Assembly (NCBI GenBank): GCA_965247095.1
Contig: OZ251997.1
Location: 448,001-512,000, forward strand
DNA: 64,000 nt
From: Candidatus Multivorans sp.
Lineage (GTDB): Bacteria; Acidobacteriota; Thermoanaerobaculia; Multivoradales; Multivoraceae
Direction of reading: 5' to 3'
Position 1 is the first letter of the stretch. Every line of letters starts with the position of its first letter. Made by a program: the position numbers and the translations under genes. The notes beneath the pieces are model-generated. The model saw only the letters and a list, made by a program, of their open reading frames with translations, was not told the DNA's origin and ran no database searches. This document shows positions 20,432 to 30,829 of this stretch, one piece after another.

Positions 20432-21802
20432 CTACGTGTGTACGAGCTCCTCAAAGACTTCGGCAGGCGTTCTCCAGCCGAGTGTCTTGCGGGGTCGGCT
20501 GTTGAGGGCGAGCGCGACCGCGGAGAGGTCGTCGCTGGAGTATCTGACCAGGTCAGTGCCCTTCGGGAAGTACTGGCGTAGCAGCCCATTGGTGTTCTCG
20601 TTGGTGCCCCTCTGCCAGGGGCTTTGCGGATCGCAGAAGTAGATCGCGATTCCGGTGTCGACGCGGAGTTGAGCGTGTTGAGCCATCTCGGCGCCCTGGT
20701 CCCAGGTCAAGGATCGCCGGAGGTGCTCGGGCAGCGTCGTGATCGACGCCGCGATCGCGTCACGGACGGCTTCTGCGCCGTGCCCGGCGAGCGCCGGCCC
20801 GTTCTTCACCCTCGATTCGTTGCCGTGGCCTTCCATACGGGGCAGGTGCAGCAGCATTGTGAAGCGCGTAGTCCGTTCGACGAGGGTGCCGATCGCTGAG
20901 CTCTCGAGCCCGACGATCAGGTCACCTTCCCAGTGGCCCGGTACGGCCCGGTCGCCGGCTTCGGCGGGGCGTTCGCTGATCATGATTCCCGGGGTCACAA
21001 ACTTCTTGCCTGACCTCCGAGTACGCGCACGCGGCACACGTAGCGCTCGCCCGGTTCGCAGGCACGCGACGAGCTCGCGCTTGAGGGCTCCTCGACCTTG
21101 GATGTAGAGCGCTTGGTAGATCGCCTCGTGAGAGATCCGCATCGACTCATCATGAGGAAAATCGATGCGAAGCCGATTCGAGATCTGCTCCGGGCTCCAC
21201 GACTTCGCCCAACGCCGATCCTGGCGGCGACCGTGCCGACGGCCAATCCAACGCACAGCCGGACCGGGTACCGGCTCCCCGTCAGGCCTTGCGATCAAGC
21301 CGGCGAGGCGGTCCTGCACGTACTCACGCAAGGCGTCGTTCGCGGCAAGCTTGGAGACCTTCGGCCGGCTGGCGCGCCGCTCCGCGTGCCACTGGGCAGT
21401 CGTCGCTCGATAGGCGACGCCACCACTTCGAGTCGACGCGTTGCGGCGCAGCTCCCGCGAAATCGTCGACGGTGAACGGCCCATGCGTCGGGCGATTTCA
21501 CGTACCCCAATGTGCTGAGCGTGAAGGATGGCGATCTCTTCCCGCTCGGCCAACGACAGATAACGCCCCGACACTGGAGCCAACGAAATAGGCGGCATTC
21601 CGCCAGCTTCCCTGAACCATCTCGATCCGACTGCCTGCGACACTCCAGCTTCCCGTGCAGCATCCTCGGTGGACGCCCCACGAACGATCGCCTCCCAGAA
21701 GCGGACCCGATCCTCGCGATGCGCTGTCGAGGGACGGCCCGGCGACCACATCTGCCCACGCATCTCACGAATCGCACGCCTACGCTTACCAACTCCCATC
21801 AC
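20432..21802 (-). CDS. IS30-family DDE transposase, apparently intact
   Basis: Motifs: YLSLAEREEI, STISRELRRN, WSPEQIS, ISHEAIY, GHWEGDLI, SLTWDQGAEM, PWQRGTNENTNGLLRQYFPKG. Confidence 0.96.
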   Translation of the reverse strand: MMGVGKRRRAIREMRGQMWSPGRPSTAHREDRVRFWEAIVRGASTEDAAREAGVSQAVGSRWFREAGGMPPISLAPVSGRYLSLAEREEIAILHAQHIGVREIARRMGRSPSTISRELRRNASTRSGGVAYRATTAQWHAERRASRPKVSKLAANDALREYVQDRLAGLIARPDGEPVPGPAVRWIGRRHGRRQDRRWAKSWSPEQISNRLRIDFPHDESMRISHEAIYQALYIQGRGALKRELVACLRTGRALRVPRARTRRSGKKFVTPGIMISERPAEAGDRAVPGHWEGDLIVGLESSAIGTLVERTTRFTMLLHLPRMEGHGNESRVKNGPALAGHGAEAVRDAIAASITTLPEHLRRSLTWDQGAEMAQHAQLRVDTGIAIYFCDPQSPWQRGTNENTNGLLRQYFPKGTDLVRYSSDDLSAVALALNSRPRKTLGWRTPAEVFEELVHT

Positions 21803-21848
21803 GAAACACCTCCATCACGAGATGTTGCGACGACCAGTTGAATCCACC

Positions 21849-22421
21849 CTGGCTGCCTTGATCCGAGTGGTGGATCACGTCCTCGGGTCTCCGCTGGGCG
21901 ATCGCCATCTTCAGCGCGCCGACCACGAGGTCGGTTGCCAGAGACGAATCCATGGCCCAGCCGACGATGCGCCGACTGAACGCGTCAAGGACGATCGCCA
22001 GGTACAGGAAACCGGCAAGGGTCGGCACGTAGGTGATGTCCGCGAGCCACAACCGGTCGGGGCCTTCGGCTGTGAACTCCCTCTCGACGAGGTCCGGCGC
22101 CGGGCGAGCTGACGGGGCGCGGCGCGTCGCCTTCGGCCGCTTGCGGCGGCTGATGCCCGCCAGACCGGACTCTCGCATGAGTCTGGCGACCCGCTTGCGG
22201 CTCACTGGGAACCCCTCGTCAGCCAACTCGGCCTGAATCCTCGGCGCACCGTAGGTCCCGCGGCTGCGTTCGTGGATCGCCCGCACGCGCTCCGCCAGAG
22301 CGCTGTCCGACTTCTCCCTGGCCGACCGCTCTCGCTTCAACCAGGCGTAGTACCCGCTCGTGGAGACCCCGAGCACTCGGGCCATCGTCGTGATCCGGAA
22401 CTCGGCCTGGTGCGCTCTCAT
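21849..22421 (-). pseudogene. IS3 orfB transposase, 5' fragment
   Basis: Motifs: VSTSGYYAW, YGAPRI, WLADITY, LDAFSRRIVGW. Ends at HHSDQGSQ at the IS30 junction. Confidence 0.92.
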
Positions 22422-22726
22422 GAACCTGAAGACCGCTTCGGGCCCGTCTCCCGAGCGAACCAGGCCGTTGCTTTTGCCAGGATCTCCCGCTCCTCGCGCA
22501 ACCGGCGTACCTCCCGGCGCAGACGGCGCAACTCCTGGCGCTCCGCCGTCGTAGTGCCGTCCTGGCGGCGACCTTCGTCGCGGTCCGCCTGGGCCACCCA
22601 GTTACGCATCGACTGTGCTGAAGGCTCGAACTCGCGGGCCAGTTGGTCCGGGCTCCGCCCGGACCGGACCAGATCCACCATCTGCTGCCGGTACTCTGCC
22701 GGGTACCGACTCCTCTTTCTCGACAT
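22418..22726 (-). CDS. IS3 orfA (HTH protein)
   Basis: RYPAEYRQQMV..LAREF..MRNWV..ELRRLRREVRRLREEREILAKATAWFA. GGAGGT SD upstream. Confidence 0.92.
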   Translation of the reverse strand: MSRKRSRYPAEYRQQMVDLVRSGRSPDQLAREFEPSAQSMRNWVAQADRDEGRRQDGTTTAERQELRRLRREVRRLREEREILAKATAWFARETGPKRSSGS

Positions 22727-22780
22727 CGTGGATACCTCCTCCGACAAGGATGTAGTGTCCACGAAACCGGGGCAAGCTCA

Positions 22781-22828
22781 TACCTCCTCTTCCAAAAATG
22801 AGGTGTCCACAAAAAGGGGTCAAGCTCA
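22781..22828 (-). mobile_element. Orphan second IS3 left end, abutting the first
   Basis: TACCTCCT..GTGTCCACAAAAAGGGGTCAAGCTCA is a diverged tandem copy of 22733-22780. Confidence 0.8.
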
Positions 22829-23034
22829 GAGCCTCCAACGCGGCAAACAGGAACCACATAGAGGCTCCGCGAACAGCACTCGCAGCAGGGGAGGGGAGGC
22901 GAACGCGAGAGGCGCTCGACCCGCCTGAATCGTCCGACTCGCGTGCCCTGATAGCATTCGCCAGTACGCGAGGGCCGAGTAACCGCCAGATCGGTCGGTA
23001 CTTGGTTCAACGAAACGCGAGATGAGGAAAGCGA

Positions 23035-23667
23035 ATGACCAAAACCGGTACGGTGGCTCCGCCCTGGAAACAGCATTCCGACAAGCGAGGGGCTGACTTC
23101 CGCATTATACGTCCGGGTGAAGGCGAAGGTCCCAAGGTCAACGATCATGCGTTCTTGGAGTCGCTAGAGGACCGCTGGCCGCTGCCGTCGCCTTTGCGAT
23201 GGGCTGTAAGTATGGGCAGTCAGTTGGCGATAATCGAGTGGGAGAGACAAGATAGAAGGCGCTGGCGTGTGGTCGAGTACAAGTTCATTCTGCAGAGCCT
23301 AGAAAGTGACACAAGATCCGTCATATAGTTTTGGTTTCTTAGTAGGATATGCGACACGAGTCAGTTTTTTCCGTGTGAACACGAATGGATTCGATCTCCA
23401 AACGACGACTTGGAGTCTAAGAGGATTGTCACGCTCAAGTGTGCCAAGTGCATGACCAAGGACTTTGTGCGACTGGACGTCGCGGCGGAGGTATTGCCAG
23501 AAGTCGATCTTCCGCGCCACGCTGGGGCGGATCGTCCGCATCGCGACCCGCTGACCTGCCAAGCGGCTGGTCGGCGAGCCGCAACAGCGTGTCCAACGAG
23601 GCCGCGCAGAGTGAGGGTCAGTGCCACGGCGAGAGTCCAGCACCTAGAAGTCAGCCATGGCAGCTAG
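23035..23667 (+). pseudogene. Hypothetical gene: two in-frame ORFs separated by a single TAG, with possible Zn-ribbon residues
   Basis: GAGG SD before ATG 23035. After TAG 23326-23328 the same frame stays open to 23667 and contains CEHEW...CAKC. Confidence 0.35.
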
Positions 23668-23718
23668 CTAACTCGGGTAATGCTCGCCCCCTCATTCGTG
23701 CCAAACCGGAGGAAACCG

Positions 23719-24555
23719 ATGGCCACAGTTGACGACCTTCAAAGCGATGTCCAAGTAGTTCTGAATTCCATTCGACCATATATTGAGAGCATTAGCAGTC
23801 TGCGGTGGGGCCCGTCAGACGGGGCACTTACCATAGTGTTTCGATCTATGCTCCGTAGGCAATACGAGGCACTTGGCGTCACTTCTCATCTGATCGCCAA
23901 CTGGCAAGGATTCCCCGTACCCCAACTTCTGCGTCCCGCGTGCGAGGAATTTGTTTGGGCCAAGTACTTAACATCCATCCCGACTGCCGCTGCGGAAGTG
24001 CTTGTCAGGTGCGTCAATTCCAAGGAAGTACGTGATAGCTTGCGCGCTCAAGACCAGTGCGCCGGTAGATCTGCTACAAGGACTCTCGGACTACTCCCCT
24101 TTCTGGAAGAAGCAAACAATCGTGAGGCTTCCGAGCTTGAACTCTTGCGTTCCCTTGCAAGCAATCTGGATTGGCCGCCGGGAAGCAGAAAGACGGGGCG
24201 GATGCCCTCACTAAAGTGGCTTGCTAAGAAGACCAACGAGCTGGATACCTACGAGTTGATCTATCACTCGACGTCACGCTTCGTACATTTCAGCGCGGCC
24301 GAACTTACTCGAGGAGCTTGGTATGATCCGAACACAGGCGCCACGAGGATTAGTTATGCGCAGTTTCGGGAAGTACACGGTCACTTGGGCTTGTACTGGG
24401 GCCTGCTCTTGCTTGTTCAAACTTGGAACGAGGTGGACGAGTTCCTAGATGTGCGAGTTGAGATTGACGTTGCTAGGATTACCGAAGCGGTTTGTCGCAT
24501 TGGAGAGGCTGGTATACCTCCAATCATCACAGCAAAGGAGCTAGAGCGATCCTAG
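23719..24555 (+). CDS. DUF5677-like (HEPN-like helical) protein
   Basis: GGAGG SD, then LLRPACE and LAKKT..YELIYHSTSRFVH, the pattern of DUF5677-type proteins. AT-richer codon use than the core genes. Confidence 0.65.
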   Translation: MATVDDLQSDVQVVLNSIRPYIESISSLRWGPSDGALTIVFRSMLRRQYEALGVTSHLIANWQGFPVPQLLRPACEEFVWAKYLTSIPTAAAEVLVRCVNSKEVRDSLRAQDQCAGRSATRTLGLLPFLEEANNREASELELLRSLASNLDWPPGSRKTGRMPSLKWLAKKTNELDTYELIYHSTSRFVHFSAAELTRGAWYDPNTGATRISYAQFREVHGHLGLYWGLLLLVQTWNEVDEFLDVRVEIDVARITEAVCRIGEAGIPPIITAKELERS

Positions 24556-24947
24556 TGAGGATTCACAGTTGTTTTGCGGGTCCGACCGTGACGTAGCGGA
24601 ATTCTCTACTAATGCCTTCGACAAGAATGTCAAGCATATCATAGAGTATTGAAGATAGCGAAGTGGATTTAGAGGTTTGGCAGACCAGCAGTCACGATCG
24701 CTGGAACTGATTGGGAGAGGGATAGGCTCGAGTCGAGGAGCGCAGACGGCCCTCGGCTGGCGCGCTACCGTAGATGCGCACGAGATACTCGCCGGTGAAT
24801 GTCTGCAGGAACGAACGTTCGTCACGCTGCGCAGCGCCAGTTCGGCGACGAGGCTCGCGGCCTTCCCGCTTGGCCGTTCCTCGGCCTGAAGTCCGCCGGC
24901 ACGGAGGAACTCATCGGCATCGTCGGTAGACACTTGGGGTTGAGCTG

Positions 24948-25646
24948 ATGTCTTCCCAGGAGGAGTTCCTTGCACAAGGCGATACGGCGCCGTACTTCAA
25001 GTGTTGCTGCGGCGCGAGCGCCTTCTATGAAGCCGCAAAGCTCCTTGAACGGCAGATCCAATGTCGGGGCCTTAGGCCCAACGACAGGACGCTGGAAGGA
25101 GGTTCAGGCCCCATGCGGAAGTGGCAGGTCTGGGAAGCTCTCAAGGGCGCCAGCCACTTCAATGTGAGCGTCTCGTTGGAACTAGCCCTCAAGAGCCTCC
25201 TCATCCTGAACGAGCTGGAATGGCCGAAGGGTCCCAAGGGCCATCGGTACGAGGTGCTGTACGACAAGCTCAAGGAGAAGCGCCCAGAAATGGCGGCTTC
25301 AGCGGAGCAGTGCTACGACCGTGCGAAGAGTGAAGCGATGCACGTCGACTTCGTCCAACTTGTAACGGTCGAAATACTCCCGGGTTCTGAACCACAGGAA
25401 CTGCGGGTTCCAGATACTCCGGACTCCCTGCGGGAGTTCTTCTCGTACCTGAACGACGAGGTGGAGATCCAGGTGATACGGTACTCGTTCGAGAATGTCG
25501 GTCTCGGCGAGGCCCCGCGCCATTACTTACTGGACTTGGGAGTCGTCCTTTCTTTGGTCCGCGAGCTTCTTCACTTGAGTCTCAAGGCGGCACAGCAAGC
25601 CGGACTTCGCTTCCCCTGGCCGCCGAACCACCGGCCGCCGGCCTAG
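24948..25646 (+). CDS. HEPN-like domain protein
   Basis: HFNVSVSLELALKSLL...KGHRYEVLYDKL..IRYSFE matches the HEPN pattern ELxLKxL..GH..L..RY. Confidence 0.55.
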   Translation: MSSQEEFLAQGDTAPYFKCCCGASAFYEAAKLLERQIQCRGLRPNDRTLEGGSGPMRKWQVWEALKGASHFNVSVSLELALKSLLILNELEWPKGPKGHRYEVLYDKLKEKRPEMAASAEQCYDRAKSEAMHVDFVQLVTVEILPGSEPQELRVPDTPDSLREFFSYLNDEVEIQVIRYSFENVGLGEAPRHYLLDLGVVLSLVRELLHLSLKAAQQAGLRFPWPPNHRPPA

Positions 25647-25751
25647 GGCCGGTCGCCTTGCCGGGGGGGGCAGGAGATGGTGCCGCCGAATCTCGGCAGA
25701 TCCCGCGAGCTCCCGTTAACGGAGTGTTGGCTCTGGCGTCGCTACTGCTGA

Positions 25752-25792
25752 TTGCGCAGATTTCTCGCACGCTCTTGCGCGGATCTTTCGCA
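25752..25792. promoter_or_regulatory. Pair of 18-bp imperfect direct repeats (candidate protein-binding sites)
   Basis: TTGCGCAGATTTCTCGCA (25752) and TTGCGCGGATCTTTCGCA (25775); 15/18 identical, 23-bp period. Confidence 0.45.
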
Positions 25793-25811
25793 TCTCTCTA
25801 CATATCTGGCC

Positions 25812-25837
25812 GCTTCCGGCGAGAGCCGGCCGGAAGC
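25812..25837 (-). terminator. Hairpin downstream of lysS, between convergent genes
   Basis: GCTTCCGGC-N8-GCCGGAAGC. No U-tract, so terminator function is uncertain. Confidence 0.4.
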
Positions 25838-25866
25838 CTGGGCACCCGGAGCGACGGCACCCACCG

Positions 25867-27351
<1,485 letters not shown>

Positions 27352-27354
27352 GGC

Positions 27355-28227
27355 TCAGTTTGACTCCGAGTCCCAGAGAACGCCATCGGCGAGCAGGCGG
27401 GAGGTCAGGCGCGCGAGGCCGGCCGCAGCGTTGCTGCCGATCCGCAACACGTCCTCGTGGTCGACGGGGCCTTCCTCGAGGCCGACGCCCATGTTCGTGA
27501 CCAGGGAGAAGCCGAGCACGCGGAGGCCCATGTGACGGGCCGCGATCACTTCCAGCACCGTCGACATGCCGACCAGGTCGACGCCGAGCGCCTGGTAGGC
27601 GCGGATCTCGGCCGGGGTCTCGTACGAAGGCCCGAGCAGGCCGAGGTAGACCCCTTCACCGACGGGAATCCCCGCGTCGCGGCCGAGTTCGGCGAAACGG
27701 CGGCGGAGGGCCGGGTCGTAGGCACAGGCCAAGTCGGGAAACCGGGGCCCCCAGCCTCCCGGCAGGCGGCCGCGGAGCGGGTTCAGCCCGGTGAGGTTCA
27801 CGTGATCGGAAATCGCCGCGATCGATCCCGGCGGCAGATCGCGCCGCAGCGAGCCGGCCGCGTTCGCGACCACGAGCGAACCGGCGCCGAGCAGGGCCGC
27901 GAGACGCACGATGTACACGACCTGCGCCGGCGTGTAGCCCTGGTAGGCGTGGAGCCGGCCGCGGCAATAGAGCACGACCCGTCCGTCCCGCGTTTCCACT
28001 ACTTCGGCGGTGGCGGCGTGGCCTTCGATCGCCTCGACATCGAACGGGAGCAGGTCGCCGAACGGCCACGGGCCGGCGGCAGGCGCGCCCAGATCGAGGC
28101 TGAGACCGGAGCCGGTGACCAGGAGAGCGTCAGGCCGGGGCCACCCCGCGTCGAGCCAACGCTTCCGGCTCTCCTCCAGTTCGGCGGAGAGACCCGTGTC
28201 CGGCCCTGTATCCTTGCGCAGATTCAC
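27355..28227 (-). CDS. punA: Purine-nucleoside phosphorylase (trimeric type)
   Basis: Motifs: TGSGL, GRLHAYQG, NAAG, GPSYETPAE, VGMSTVLE, SLVTN. Confidence 0.92.
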   Translation of the reverse strand: MNLRKDTGPDTGLSAELEESRKRWLDAGWPRPDALLVTGSGLSLDLGAPAAGPWPFGDLLPFDVEAIEGHAATAEVVETRDGRVVLYCRGRLHAYQGYTPAQVVYIVRLAALLGAGSLVVANAAGSLRRDLPPGSIAAISDHVNLTGLNPLRGRLPGGWGPRFPDLACAYDPALRRRFAELGRDAGIPVGEGVYLGLLGPSYETPAEIRAYQALGVDLVGMSTVLEVIAARHMGLRVLGFSLVTNMGVGLEEGPVDHEDVLRIGSNAAAGLARLTSRLLADGVLWDSESN

Positions 28228-28304
28228 TCCCTTGATCCCCCGTCGCGGAGTGCGGGAGACGATACACGACCGGCCTGTCGTTCGGCGGCGGCGCGAGGTG
28301 ATCC

Positions 28305-28853
28305 ATGACCGAGAACGGAATGCCCCGGGAGCTCATTTCGACTGAGGCTCTGCAACGCCGGGTCGACGAATTGGCGGCCGAGATCGAGCGCGACTACGCC
28401 GACAGCAAGGATCTCCTCTGCGTGGGCGTGCTCAAGGGCTCGGTGTTCTTCCTCACCGATCTGGTGCAGCGACTGTCGCGGCCCCTGGTGGTCGACTTCT
28501 TCCAGACCTCGAGCTACCGGGGCGAGACGACCTCGCACGGCGAAGTGCGGATCCGGCGCGACCTCGACCACTCGTTGGCCGGGCGCGACGTCCTGCTGAT
28601 CGAGGACATCGTCGACACGGGCTACACGATGCGCACGATCATGGCGCTGATGGGTTTCCGCGGCGCCCGCTCGGTTCGCCTCTGCGTATTGCTGGACAAG
28701 GCGTGCAAGCGGAAGACGGCGGTCCAGATCCACTACCGCGGCTTCGAGGTCGACGACGTGTTCGTGGTCGGCTACGGCCTCGACTACAACGACCGCTACC
28801 GCAACCTGCCGTACATCGGCGTGCTGGACGAGGTGGAGGTGGAAGCGGAGTAG
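28305..28853 (+). CDS. hpt: Hypoxanthine phosphoribosyltransferase
   Basis: Motifs: GVLKGS, SSY, IEDIVDTG, FVVGYGLDY..YRNLPYI. Confidence 0.96.
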   Translation: MTENGMPRELISTEALQRRVDELAAEIERDYADSKDLLCVGVLKGSVFFLTDLVQRLSRPLVVDFFQTSSYRGETTSHGEVRIRRDLDHSLAGRDVLLIEDIVDTGYTMRTIMALMGFRGARSVRLCVLLDKACKRKTAVQIHYRGFEVDDVFVVGYGLDYNDRYRNLPYIGVLDEVEVEAE

Positions 28854-28874
28854 CTGGTCTGCGGATAGCCTCGC

Positions 28875-30083
28875 GTGGTCGTGGGGTTTGTCTGGCATGT
28901 CGCGCTGAGGTATTTCCGCTCGACTCGCGCTGACGCGCACATCCGCGTTCTGTCCTCGCTGACCGCCGGCGGCCTGGCGGTGGGCACGGCGGCGCTGGTC
29001 CTGGCTTTGGCGGCGCTCTCGGGTTTTCAGAGCCACCTGCTGCGAGACCTTGCGCAACACACCCCGGCGCTGCAGGTGGAACTGGGAAGCGGCGCGGATG
29101 CCGCAGCCGGTGGGGCCGGGTCGACCGTCTCGCTTGTCGACCGGGTGATTGCCGTGGACGGCGTCGTGGCGGCGCAGGAGTTGCTCTACGCCCGCGGCTG
29201 GCTGGCCGACAGGACGGGGGTGTTGGCGGTCGAGGTGGTGGGCTACGAGCAGACGCCGCCGGCCTGGATCCCGGTCGAGAGCGCTGCTGTTCCGGGCCTG
29301 ATCGTGCCGGTCTCGGTTGCTCTGCGGATGGGGCTGGCGGTCGGCGGCACGGCGCGGGTGGTGTCGCCCCGGCCTGGACTGACGCCGGTGGGGCCGCGGC
29401 CGCGTATGCGGACGCTGCCGGTGGCGGCGATCTACGACTCCGGCCGCGCGGAGTACGAGGAACTGCCGGTGCTGCTGCCGCTCGAGCAGGCGGCCGCACT
29501 GTTCGCGGGCGGTGATCGGCGGCTTGATCTGACCCTGGCCCCGGCCGCCGATCCGGAGGACGTGGCCGCCGACCTGCGCCCGGCGATTGGTGCGGGCGAG
29601 GGCACGGTGACCACCTGGCGGCAGGCCAATCGGGCGTTGCTGTTCGTCCTCCGGCTGGAGAAGGGCCTGGTGTTCTCGGCAGTGGCGCTGATCGTCGCGG
29701 TTGCGGCCTTTGCGCTGCTCGCCGCGCTGTCCCTGGTGCTGTCGAGCAAGCGCTCCGAAGTCGGCGTCCTCGCGGCGATGGGGGCGCCGCCGGCCCGGCT
29801 GCAGAGACTCTTCCTGGCGCTCGGCGCGCTGCTCTCGGTGGGCGGCGCCGGTCTCGGCGGCGCGGTGGGCGCGAGCGTGGCCGTGTTTCTGGACCGCTTC
29901 CGGGTCCTTTCGCTCCCGTCTGACGTGTACATCGTCGACTATGTTCCGTTCCTGGTTCGGGGCAGGGACGTGCTCGTCGTGGTGGTGTCCACGATCGTGT
30001 TCACGGGCGCGGCCTCGCTTTTGAGCGCGCGCAAGGCGAGCCGCCTGGATCCGGTCGAGGCGATGCGGAGCGCCCGGACGTGA
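28875..30083 (+). CDS. lolC: Lipoprotein-releasing ABC transporter permease (LolC/E family)
   Basis: GTAALVLALAALSGF, TWRQANRAL..LRLEK, KRSEVGVLAAMG, ARKASRLDPVEAMR. Adjacent to lolD. Confidence 0.85.
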   Translation: MVVGFVWHVALRYFRSTRADAHIRVLSSLTAGGLAVGTAALVLALAALSGFQSHLLRDLAQHTPALQVELGSGADAAAGGAGSTVSLVDRVIAVDGVVAAQELLYARGWLADRTGVLAVEVVGYEQTPPAWIPVESAAVPGLIVPVSVALRMGLAVGGTARVVSPRPGLTPVGPRPRMRTLPVAAIYDSGRAEYEELPVLLPLEQAAALFAGGDRRLDLTLAPAADPEDVAADLRPAIGAGEGTVTTWRQANRALLFVLRLEKGLVFSAVALIVAVAAFALLAALSLVLSSKRSEVGVLAAMGAPPARLQRLFLALGALLSVGGAGLGGAVGASVAVFLDRFRVLSLPSDVYIVDYVPFLVRGRDVLVVVVSTIVFTGAASLLSARKASRLDPVEAMRSART

Positions 30084-30748
30084 TCTCCGTCTCCGGAGTC
30101 GCCAAGGCCTACCGCGACGGCGAGGTCCGGCGCGAGGTCCTGCGCGGCGTCGATCTCGAGCTCGGCCCCGGCGACACGGCCGCCATCGTCGGACCTTCGG
30201 GTTCGGGGAAGTCGACGCTGCTGAACGTCCTGGGGGCGCTCGATACCGCCGATGCCGGCACGGTCCGTATCGACGGTGTGGATCTGATGGCGTCCAGGCC
30301 GGCGGCGCTGGCCGGGTTCCGCAACCGCTCCATCGGCTTCGTGTTCCAGTTCCACCAGTTGCTGCCCGACTTCACGGCGATCGAGAACGTGATCATGCCG
30401 GGCCGGATCGCGGGCCGCCCCGCGGCGTCGCTGCAGACTCAGGGGCTGGAGCTGCTCGACCAGGTCGGACTCAGGGACCGCGCCGCCGACTTTCCCCAGC
30501 AGCTCTCCGGCGGCGAGCGGCAGCGGGTGGCGATCTGCCGCGCGCTGGTGCTCGAACCCCCGGTGCTGCTTGCCGATGAACCGACCGGCAACCTGGATGC
30601 GGCCAGCGGAGCGCAGGTGCTGGAGCTGCTGAGCGACCTTCAGCGGCGGCGCGGAACCACCATGGTGCTGGTGACGCACAACCCCGATGTGGCCAGTCGC
30701 TGCGGCAGGGGGCTGCGACTGGACCGGGGGCGGTTGGCGCCGGTTTGA
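30080..30748 (+). CDS. lolD: Lipoprotein-releasing ABC transporter ATPase
   Basis: Motifs: GPSGSGKS, GFVFQFHQLLPDF, LSGGERQRVA, ADEPTGNLD. Confidence 0.9.
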   Translation: MISVSGVAKAYRDGEVRREVLRGVDLELGPGDTAAIVGPSGSGKSTLLNVLGALDTADAGTVRIDGVDLMASRPAALAGFRNRSIGFVFQFHQLLPDFTAIENVIMPGRIAGRPAASLQTQGLELLDQVGLRDRAADFPQQLSGGERQRVAICRALVLEPPVLLADEPTGNLDAASGAQVLELLSDLQRRRGTTMVLVTHNPDVASRCGRGLRLDRGRLAPV

Positions 30749-30829
30749 ATGCTGGAACGCCCGGCGGACCGGCCGCGTCGATAGACTGCGGGCAGAGCCG
30801 GGCGCGCAGCGCCATGAGCAGGTAGTTCC

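Larger units (their letters stand above)
20082..21848 (-). mobile_element. IS30-family insertion sequence
   Basis: IRs CTTGGGTTCAAGGGATCGTCGCAAC (20082) and GGTGGATTCAACTGGTCGTCGCAAC (minus strand from 21848). Flanked by a 3-bp direct repeat CTG (20079-20081 and 21849-21851). Confidence 0.93.
19762..22780 (-). mobile_element. IS3-family insertion sequence, interrupted by IS30
   Basis: Terminal IRs TGGAGTTGCCCCGTTTTCGTGGAC (19762) and TGAGCTTGCCCCGGTTTCGTGGAC (minus strand from 22780), with TG...CA ends and orfA/orfB organisation. Confidence 0.92.

Noticed and set aside
22829-22859. MWFLFAALEA as the displaced 5' end of the HNH gene
   Set aside because: Joining the IS flanks is out of frame by one base and no duplication supports it. 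Probably coincidental.
24556-24947. Short ORFs between the two HEPN-like genes
   Set aside because: No recognisable motifs and multiple stops. Possibly gene debris but not supportable.
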